Below, in pieces: positions 52,801-61,429 of a DNA stretch of 64,000 bases; the stretch's first letter is position 1, and each line of letters begins with the position of its first letter. The stretch covers positions 512,001-576,000 of the forward strand of contig CM000430.1 in NCBI GenBank assembly GCA_000165345.1. The letters run 5' to 3'. Made by a program: the position numbers and the translations under genes. Under the pieces are notes generated by a model. It was not told the DNA's origin. It made no database searches and saw nothing but the letters and a program-made list of their open reading frames with translations.

Positions 52801-53147
52801 TCAAATTGTTAATACCGCAATAGACGCAAATAGAAGATGGACATTAATTTCTCGAGAATAAATATGAGTCAACTTAGCTAGAATAATAGTACTTAAGCAC
52901 ACTAGGAGGTGAGGTATTCACAGCTTAATACGAGCTATTTTTCATTGCAATTATTTGGGAATTTTATTCTGGAAAGTATTGCATGCATACAATACCTTTA
53001 ATGGTGCAAGAATTTTTTTACTAGATGATATTCAATGTTTGGATTCTGTCGATATTTTTGTGAGAATAATTCTTGTTAAGCTATCCAAATTAATATATGC
53101 GAACATATTAATTCGTATTAATTACTTGCCTTGTTAGACGACTGAAT

Positions 53148-54669
53148 ATGCGTAAAATAGCTATTTTCAACCCTTCGAGATTCTTTGACTTGGAAAATAC
53201 AGTTTCTGTTTTTAAATATGGCTCTACTATACGCTCTAATGTTGTAAGTTTTGAACCTTTTATATCTTGATTTTGTCATTTATTGTAAAATCCACTCCAA
53301 TCAGGCTTTTAACACAAGAATGCATGACTTCATTGTAGTGATTGATGGAGGTTTAGAAAAAGCTATAAAATGGCACCAAATGATGATGACTGATTATCCA
53401 TATCACTATTCTAGGATTTCCATATTTGGCCCTAAATATATATCAAAATTTCAGAGGTTCTCAAAACTGTGTCCCATATTTTACAATTCGTGCGTTATCG
53501 CCAACGAAAAAAAGGCAAGTTAATTTTAAGTAAATATGATCGTTAAATATATTTAACTATATTAATTTAGGTAATTAAATACGGCGTAATTTCAAAGGAC
53601 GATTTGGCCAATGCACTCACTAATTGGACGTCACCATTTGTTTTGAATAGATTTCAAAAAATGGTAAGTTAATATTATCATGACCCATGTTTGATAGGCT
53701 GTTTTCAAAGCAATTCGACTCTAGATTTTCCCAGTAGGAGTCATAGATACCTATTTACAGTCATTAATTTTACAATGCGATGCACAAACAGCAAGGCTTT
53801 TTTTACTAAGTTTATGTGAAGATGATATATTTGACAGAATTGAATGCGACCATAATCTAGAAAATTCATCAATCAATTTTAAAAATCAGGAAAGAAAAGT
53901 TTCACTGCTAGAATTTCTACGTAAAATTGTAAACTCTTCATACGCAGGTGACATACGCTTCTTATTTAATGACAACAGTATAAAATTATCTGAAAATGAA
54001 TTATATGATTCATTACCTTTTTTAACGGCTAGATACCTCCCCTTTATTATTAATTACTTCCAGAATAATAAATCCGGATTTGCAATAGAAGGTGCTAACT
54101 TAAGTACTTTAAATGAACTTTACAAATTAGCAAAATCAATTACCGACAGAATGGCATTCAATTTAATGAAAAACCCGATGTCTGGAATGAATAGCGAGTT
54201 TTGTGTTTCTGAAGATTGGAACTTGTTTATAAAATTATTTTTCAATGAAAAGATAACGCTTAAGGTACGTGTAATGAAATTTTTATTACTATTTATTGCC
54301 TTTAGATAAATCCAAGCAGAGAATGGAGAGCTAATGAATTTTTACAGCTTCCAAACGAGTTTAAAAGTAGAGCAAGCAGAATAGCTGCAAGAAAAAGACT
54401 TTTGAAACTACTACCAATTAATATATTATTTAGTAAATACATTTATTCTTTACACCATTCCGCCTTGCCTTGGAGCCCTAATGTTATTGATGAAACTATA
54501 AGAAGATATAATTTTAAGTGTTCTTTGTTGAGCGTCTTAAAAAATATATTATCTAATTTTGGAAGAATCGTAAGTTACTCATTACTTTGAAAATGATTTT
54601 TTAATTTCTAATATTTAGACCTTCTATATTAAATATAAGCTAAACCAAACAGTAAAACATCTAGATTAA
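53148..54669 (+). CDS. Previously unmodelled 6-exon gene encoding a hypothetical helical protein of about 417 aa. Exons are 53148..53243, 53305..53514, 53571..53663, 53725..54264, 54306..54569 and 54619..54669. Introns are 61, 56 (GC-AG), 61, 41 and 49 nt.
   Basis: Every exon is a multiple of 3 and every intron is phase 0. Donors are GTAAGT, GCAAGT, GTAAGT, GTACGT and GTAAGT; acceptors are CAG or TAG. Each exon frame hits a stop inside the next intron, and the frame reopens immediately after the acceptor. The ORF-track fragments 53251-53523 and 54402-54590 are exons 2 and 5. The join of exons 1-2 to exons 3-6 rests on a non-canonical GC donor and is the weakest link. Confidence 0.5.
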
Positions 54670-54715
54670 TGATTGAAGGGATAATATTACTTCATTTAAC
54701 TAATAATTTAATTGC

Positions 54716-57700
54716 TTAATCGACTGAAATATTCTGACCCTTGCCAATATCCTGATCAAATTCTTTTTCAAAGAAATTGGCGCCTGCTAGAGAGCTGCCT
54801 TCATGTGAGTCATATTCGACACTTCTGGAATATGCAGAGTTATATCCCAAATTTTCTTTTTGCGCATTTAATATTACGGTAGCTGGCTGAGAATATCTCC
54901 GCAAGTCTAGAGTCATAGTAGAACTTGTCTGCATTTCTCTATTTTTGTAAACGCCAATAAGTGTATCTGCCTGGGAAAAAAGTCTATCTTTAAGAGAAAT
55001 AACAATTGATTGAAATGAAGCTTTTTTCAGGAATTTGGCTATGGACTGTACATTACGAGGATCAAGAGCCGCATCCACTTCATCTAGTACGAAAAAAGGA
55101 GATGGATGATAACTTTGCATTGCAAAAAGTAGTGCTAACGCAGCCATTGTTTTCTCGCCTCCGCTAAGTTGCTGTATGTCTCGGAAACGTTTAGATGGAG
55201 GCATTGCATGAAAAATGACACCACATGAAAAAGGCTCTTCCAAGTTAGTATCGTCCAAATCTAAAAATGCTTGACCGCCAATATTAGAGTCATCGCATGT
55301 CAGTCTTGAATAAAAATCTCCGACTGCCTCTTTTACAGCTTCGAAGCATTTCATGAATGATTCTGTCCGTCTTTTACGAAGTGATTTATACGACTTATCA
55401 ATTTCCATTGACTTTTTTCTTATATCTCTTTGATCTTCTAAGAGTGCTTCCAATTGTGCATCTATTTCTTTAAGCTTCCCTTTGGACTTCATGTTTGGGT
55501 TCAAAGACTCTAGCTTATGTGAAATGTCAGAAATATTCTTTTTAAGTCTCGAGACTTCACTTTCTATTTGTTTTAGTGATTTAGAAGAATTTTTCTGCCC
55601 TTCCGTCAATGCACTGTAGTCTATTTGAATCATTGGGGGCTCAAGATATTCAAGGTGGTTTTCACTCTTGCTTTTACCACTTGTCTCAAAAAATTCCCAA
55701 TACTTTCTAATGTCATCATATTCTCCAGAGATTAAAGGAATTTTAATGTTCTCAAATACAATATTTTTCAGTAATATAATCAGTTCACCATTAAGAGCTT
55801 CTAATTCTTCATTTTTGGAACTTCTCTCAAGCTCTTTACTTGTGCAAAGCCCTTGGAGTTCTAATAAAGCTTTCTTTTTTGCCTCTAGTTCTTTTTGGAT
55901 TTCTTTCTTAAATGATGTAATTGATTTTATTGAATTTTTAAGATTAGTTTGTTTAAATTCAATTTGTGAAACTTCTTCGTTCAATTTCTCGATTTGTTTG
56001 CATTCTTCAATAATCAAATTTTCAATACGAGCTAAGTTGGCTTCTTTTTCCTTAAATTTTTCCTTTAGTGTATTGTCTCTTTTCTTAATACTATCATATT
56101 CTTCTATGATAATATTCAGCCTGCTGGAAAGTTTCTTTCTCTTCTGTAGTTGTTCTTCATGTTTTTTTCTTGATTCGTGTTCGAGCGAAGCAATATCCTC
56201 TATATTTAGTTTTTTTGAAAGTTGTTTAAAATGCCTCTGATCAGAATCATGAATCTCGTTTCGTATATTTTCCAATTTTATGCACAAACTTTCGTATTCT
56301 GAACGGTGTTTCAATATTTCCTCCTCTCTCTCTTTGAATTGTTTTTCTAAAAGGCTTATTCCTGTACTTTTCTCATTTTTGTTTTTTTTATAAATTTCAA
56401 TTTTTAACTCTATAGCATTTTTATCAATTTTCAGTCTCTTTAAATTTTCTTTCAATCTATATAATCTTCTCTGCCCATCAGATTCTGCTTCTTCAAGCTT
56501 ACAAATTTCTTCATTTAGTGTTTCGATTTTGCTCAGTAAATTTGCATATTCCTTTGCAAAAACTTTGTTGCTCATCTGATTTCTAGAAGAGTCAGCGGAG
56601 ATATTGCCATTCTTAAGTATTTTTTCACCATCGAAAGTCATCACTTTAGGTATTATTCCCAATCTTGGAGCTTCAGTGTAAAATATTTTCTTAGCATCTT
56701 CCAGGCTTTGCGTGAAAATCACTCCAAAGAGACAAAATTCTAATACGGGAAGTATCCTTTCATCTGATGAGTGTAAATTGTCCTTAGCTAAAGACCTCAT
56801 TGATTTGTTATTATTGCATATAGCTCTTAAGTTAGCCTCCATAACTGTTGAATTGCCTCTCTTATCTAATTTGATAGAGTTCAAAGGTAGAAAATTCATT
56901 GGTTGTTTTCTATGTTGTTTTAGCCAGCAAATGCAGCTTTTAGCAGTTTCCCAAGTACTAACCACTATATATTCGCCATACTTCCCAAGTGCGGAGTCTA
57001 TAACTGAATTATATTGTTTATTATTTGAATGACACATGTCAGAAAGCCTCCCAAAAACAATGTTTTCTTCTTTCCCAATTATCATTCCAGTATTTATGTA
57101 ATTCTTCATATCTTCAATTAATTTCCTTGATTCAATTTCTTTTTGAACTTCTCCTTTTCTTGCATCTATATCCTTAATTCTTTCGTTAAATGCATATCTT
57201 TGCTCTGAAAGCTTTGCTATATTATCTGTAAAGCCATTAAAATTGGATTCCAATTCAAATATTTGAGAATTTAGCTCTAATTCAGTTTCTTTTGAGTGGC
57301 TTAGCTTTTCTTCCTGTTCATTAATTTTTGCCGAAATTGAATCTAACAAACTCCTACTAGTAGTTGATTGAATTTGAATTTCTTCATTTTCTTTTTCTAA
57401 AATTTCAATTAAACCAAGTTTATTTGCAATTTCTCGTTCTATTTGAAGTGATTGTTCTCTTAATTTAGAAGATGCTATATCTGCTTTCTTTTTGCATTCA
57501 ATGTATTCTTGTAAATCAAAAGACATTGCATCTATGAATTCAGAGGATTCTTGTATCTTCAAATCTCTCAACTCATTATTAATTGACTGCGTCTTTACCT
57601 CGTATTCTTCTATTAATTTTTTGTTTTTCTGTTCGTATGTTAGCATACTTTCCATTTGTTTTTGTAATTTTTTTAGTTCTAATTTATTGCGTTTAATACT

Positions 57701-58765
57701 ATTTTCGTATTTGATTATTTCATTTTTCTTTGAAGATTCATCCTGTTCCAGTTTTTCGAGATCATTACACTGTTTGCTCCATTCTAGATTATCCTTGGCA
57801 AGCTTAGATTCACTATCCCTAATTTTTTGTTTTTCACTTTCAATATTTTGGCATATTAATGTAATTTCATTATCTATAGCTTGTCGCTCATCAAAATACT
57901 TTCCCCCCATATTTTCATTGCAGTAAAGTTGAAAAAGTACCAGCTCCAATCGATTATTTGCCTTTTGTTCTTCTAATCTCTCATATTCATTCACTTCCTC
58001 AATTTGCTTCTGCAGTTCTCGTCTTTCTGCTTCGAGGAGTTTTCTCCTATTGAAACTATTATGTGATACGATTTGATTTAAGCTCTGTTCATTAGATAAA
58101 CGATCATATTCTTCAATAAGTTCATCGCTGCCAGAAATTTGTTCAAAGAGTTTTGTCAGTTCTTTTGGTGCTCTTTGCGCCACATCCTCTACGTCGCCTT
58201 GAAAGACAAGAAAATTTCTCGCTTTAACTAAAATGTTATAATCTGCCAGCTTGTTTATATATGTTTCCTGCGAGACAACATTTTTATCAATTAAATACCT
58301 TGATGCTCCGCTTGATAAAATTCTCCTTGAAAATACTATTTCTTGATTATTTTCAAACTGTAATGTGAAAACAAGAGAAACCTCAGCATTATTTGACAAG
58401 TTTGATTGAGAACCTTTCTGAGAGAGTCCTACAGTATTGTTTGGCTGCGATATATCAACTGGCCCTCCTTCCTGCTCTGGTCGGTAGATTAAATCTTTCA
58501 AATTTGTGCTTCTCATGTCATTTGATGATAATCCAAGAGCAAAAGATAGGGCATCCATTAGGTTTGATTTTCCTGAGCCATTTGGGCCTACAATACATGT
58601 TAGACCTTCAGAAAATGGTCCAATAATATGCCTCCCATTGTAGCTTTTAAAATTCTCAATAATTAATTTCTTTATGAAACATTTCAGGGTTCTTTCTTTT
58701 CTTTTTTCACAAAAACCTTCAATTTGTACCATACTGTCAGTATTATAGCTAATTTTTGAGTGCAT
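54716..58765 (-). CDS. SMC1: SMC1 cohesin ATPase of 1349 aa.
   Basis: The N-terminus LIIENFKSYNGRHIIGPF...IVGPNGSGKSNLMDALSFALG and IKARNFLVFQGDVE match SMC1. There is a central coiled coil and hinge. The C-terminus LSGGEKTMAALALLFAMQSYHPSPFFVLDEVDAALD matches the SMC1 signature and Walker B motif. Confidence 0.85.
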   Translation of the reverse strand: MHSKISYNTDSMVQIEGFCEKRKERTLKCFIKKLIIENFKSYNGRHIIGPFSEGLTCIVGPNGSGKSNLMDALSFALGLSSNDMRSTNLKDLIYRPEQEGGPVDISQPNNTVGLSQKGSQSNLSNNAEVSLVFTLQFENNQEIVFSRRILSSGASRYLIDKNVVSQETYINKLADYNILVKARNFLVFQGDVEDVAQRAPKELTKLFEQISGSDELIEEYDRLSNEQSLNQIVSHNSFNRRKLLEAERRELQKQIEEVNEYERLEEQKANNRLELVLFQLYCNENMGGKYFDERQAIDNEITLICQNIESEKQKIRDSESKLAKDNLEWSKQCNDLEKLEQDESSKKNEIIKYENSIKRNKLELKKLQKQMESMLTYEQKNKKLIEEYEVKTQSINNELRDLKIQESSEFIDAMSFDLQEYIECKKKADIASSKLREQSLQIEREIANKLGLIEILEKENEEIQIQSTTSRSLLDSISAKINEQEEKLSHSKETELELNSQIFELESNFNGFTDNIAKLSEQRYAFNERIKDIDARKGEVQKEIESRKLIEDMKNYINTGMIIGKEENIVFGRLSDMCHSNNKQYNSVIDSALGKYGEYIVVSTWETAKSCICWLKQHRKQPMNFLPLNSIKLDKRGNSTVMEANLRAICNNNKSMRSLAKDNLHSSDERILPVLEFCLFGVIFTQSLEDAKKIFYTEAPRLGIIPKVMTFDGEKILKNGNISADSSRNQMSNKVFAKEYANLLSKIETLNEEICKLEEAESDGQRRLYRLKENLKRLKIDKNAIELKIEIYKKNKNEKSTGISLLEKQFKEREEEILKHRSEYESLCIKLENIRNEIHDSDQRHFKQLSKKLNIEDIASLEHESRKKHEEQLQKRKKLSSRLNIIIEEYDSIKKRDNTLKEKFKEKEANLARIENLIIEECKQIEKLNEEVSQIEFKQTNLKNSIKSITSFKKEIQKELEAKKKALLELQGLCTSKELERSSKNEELEALNGELIILLKNIVFENIKIPLISGEYDDIRKYWEFFETSGKSKSENHLEYLEPPMIQIDYSALTEGQKNSSKSLKQIESEVSRLKKNISDISHKLESLNPNMKSKGKLKEIDAQLEALLEDQRDIRKKSMEIDKSYKSLRKRRTESFMKCFEAVKEAVGDFYSRLTCDDSNIGGQAFLDLDDTNLEEPFSCGVIFHAMPPSKRFRDIQQLSGGEKTMAALALLFAMQSYHPSPFFVLDEVDAALDPRNVQSIAKFLKKASFQSIVISLKDRLFSQADTLIGVYKNREMQTSSTMTLDLRRYSQPATVILNAQKENLGYNSAYSRSVEYDSHEGSSLAGANFFEKEFDQDIGKGQNISVD

Positions 58766-58961
58766 AATTCATCATTCAATCATTCGGTAAAAGAATAACA
58801 TTCAAAAAATAATTTGAATTTTCTGTCCGAATTTTTTTATGAATTCTACTTGTGTTATTGCCTTATTCCTATTTTGTCCTATACCGGTCAATTTGCATGC
58901 AGGCTTAAACCCCACATTTGGGCGGTATGTGATCGTGCGCGTTTTTGCTTTATTTCATGCA

Positions 58962-58974
58962 TTGCGCCAAAAAA
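58962..58974. promoter_or_regulatory. TTGCGCCAAAAAA E2F-like motif in the divergent promoter between SMC1 and the M16-like gene.
   Basis: Read directly from the sequence. Coordinates are ±1 nt. Confidence 0.4.
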
Positions 58975-59214
58975 GAATGATATATTTTTTTCTAAGGGAC
59001 AGGAATTATTTAAACGAAATTAGATTTATGAGGAGAGAATAAGAATTCAATTGTGAAGTTGACAACTCATCAACTAGTTTCACCATTTGATTGAGCAATT
59101 TCTTAAAAGAATACCTTCAAGGTTCAAGAATAAAAGTATATTTCTAATTGGCATCTGTTTAAAATAGCGTTTAATGTAGGATTATATTTGGTATTGACAT
59201 TCTGAGAATAAACT

Positions 59215-61260
59215 ATGACAGCTAATGGGAATGATTTAGAGCTTATCACAAGCATTCTATCTAAGAATCCACTAATTCATAGGCCAGACATTGTATTTGG
59301 AAAATTGAGTGACGGCCTAGATTATTGTATATTTAACAGTGAATCGCAAAGAAACAGTTTCCACTTGAATCTTGTCTTAAATACGGGCAGTATTCATGAA
59401 GAAGAGTTTGAAAAAGGATTTGCGAATTTTGTCCAACAATTAATTTTAACCGAATTAAATAAAGAGCTGTTGAGAATTCGTACAGAGCATTTAACAAACA
59501 TAACATCATCAACTGATTTTCACTGTACAATTTTCAACATATACAACGAAGTTGAAAATACCAAGCTTAATGACTCAGAACTTAGAGCAACTTTCTTCGA
59601 TGTATTAGAAATTTTTTTGCTAACTATTTACAAATTCCGGGAGAAACTATCTTCGTCTCCAGATGTATTTTCAGACAGAATAGAAGAAATAAAAAATAAA
59701 ACATTTGATATCATTGAAAAATCTGATAAATCTGTAGCAAACTATATCGAAAAGCAAATTTTCTTGCAATTTCATAGAAATACTCTATTACCTAAGAGAT
59801 GGCCAATAGGAGAAAAGTCGAGTATTGAAAATATCACAGTAACAGGTTTATTAAAGTTTATTAATAAATGGTATCTTCCGAATAATATGTGTCTGTTTAT
59901 TGTAGGAGACATTCCTGCTTCTAATGAACTTTTGGCAAACCACTTATCTAGTTTTGTTTCTGGAATTAAAAGTTTAAATCTTGAAAAACGAGCCTCTGGT
60001 ATTAATTTATATGAAACTTCTAGTTCCCACAATATTTTTTCTGTGAAAGAGCGTATTGGACACAAAACTATAAATAACGCACTAAATATTATTGGCAAAT
60101 ACACAGGTTCAGATTTTCAAAGGGAAGTTGTCATTCAGCATCCAAATATTGATCAGGTCTCAATTTCTATTGGAGTAAAACTAGAGATTTGCCCATTAGT
60201 AGATGAAGGTGAGATTTTTATGAATGCAGTTGACACAATAATATCTAACGCTATACATACAAAGTTATTGAATTCACTATCTCAATTGGCATTTGATGAA
60301 GAATCAACATCTATATCTTGGGACTTTTACAATTCTTCTCGTGAAAATTGTGGTTGGAATACATTTTCCATTGTTAGCGATGAAAAGAACTGGAGAGCAG
60401 TTTTTAGATTAGGCATTCAACAGATTGTATCTATATGCAATAAAAAAATGTCTATGGAGGAGTTTGAAGAGATAGTATTAATTACTATCTCTGACTACAA
60501 AAAATCGGCAGAAGAAGAATTAGGAGATGACCCAAAGTTAGTTCTTGATGGTTTGATTGATGATTGGCTTTGCGGAAGCATCCCATTGAGTAAAAAGCAA
60601 GAATATCAACTATTTTGTAAAGTTGTAGACCGGATCAATCCCGAAATGATACAATGCAGGTGCAAAGCTTTATTTAGCCACATCATTTACTACTTTGACG
60701 AAAATGATCATTATAATAAAGAATCTTCCTCTACAGGATGTATTTTTGTGAGTAAGCCATTACATAATTCTTATCAGAATTCAGAAATTGATCAAGAAAA
60801 CTCTATAAATACTTCGAACAACATCAGCAAAGCTCCAGAATCAGAGTCAGAATTTATCAAGTCACTACTTGAGGAATACAAGACATGTGTTTGTAAAGAT
60901 CTTAAATTATCTGTTGAATCAGCTAAAAGTTATTCTAATGAAGTTTTTTTTGAGAAAAATAGCTACAAAATTGAGAGAATGTCAGAAAGCTTTGAATTTG
61001 GAATTTGGGATGCGCTCAAGGCATCTACATATATTACTATAGATAAGATTTTTGACTCTATAAGAACTAACTTTAATTCGCTTGTTGGCGGCTTAGTAAA
61101 TTCGGATGAAAGCATTGAAAATTTGAATGGCAAATATTCCATAAAAGAGCTTGATTCACTTGCTGAAAGAATCAAATTTTATTCAGATAATTTTCAAAAT
61201 GATTCATGCGAGCAAGGAAGCCATAGCTTACCAAATGACATTTGCGACTTAGGTCTTTAA
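59215..61260 (+). CDS. Insulinase-like (M16 family) protein of 681 aa with a degenerate active site; probably a pseudoprotease.
   Basis: The N-terminus LSDGLDYCIF...LNLVLNTGSIHEEEFEKGFANFVQQL aligns with the M16 L.NGL...V..GS..E....G.AHFLEH region. The HxxEH zinc motif is replaced by NFVQQ. Confidence 0.5.
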   Translation: MTANGNDLELITSILSKNPLIHRPDIVFGKLSDGLDYCIFNSESQRNSFHLNLVLNTGSIHEEEFEKGFANFVQQLILTELNKELLRIRTEHLTNITSSTDFHCTIFNIYNEVENTKLNDSELRATFFDVLEIFLLTIYKFREKLSSSPDVFSDRIEEIKNKTFDIIEKSDKSVANYIEKQIFLQFHRNTLLPKRWPIGEKSSIENITVTGLLKFINKWYLPNNMCLFIVGDIPASNELLANHLSSFVSGIKSLNLEKRASGINLYETSSSHNIFSVKERIGHKTINNALNIIGKYTGSDFQREVVIQHPNIDQVSISIGVKLEICPLVDEGEIFMNAVDTIISNAIHTKLLNSLSQLAFDEESTSISWDFYNSSRENCGWNTFSIVSDEKNWRAVFRLGIQQIVSICNKKMSMEEFEEIVLITISDYKKSAEEELGDDPKLVLDGLIDDWLCGSIPLSKKQEYQLFCKVVDRINPEMIQCRCKALFSHIIYYFDENDHYNKESSSTGCIFVSKPLHNSYQNSEIDQENSINTSNNISKAPESESEFIKSLLEEYKTCVCKDLKLSVESAKSYSNEVFFEKNSYKIERMSESFEFGIWDALKASTYITIDKIFDSIRTNFNSLVGGLVNSDESIENLNGKYSIKELDSLAERIKFYSDNFQNDSCEQGSHSLPNDICDLGL

Positions 61261-61429
61261 TATGTAAACAAAAAAATCTAGGAAATTATAATCTTTGAAA
61301 TTATTAATCTCAAAAGCATAGTGTTTAAATTTTTTTTAAAAAGGTTCATATATATGAGACGAGAAACAATAATTAGTTAAATAATTAATAACAATTAATG
61401 TACTGGACTTAGAAAGCAATATTTTATAT

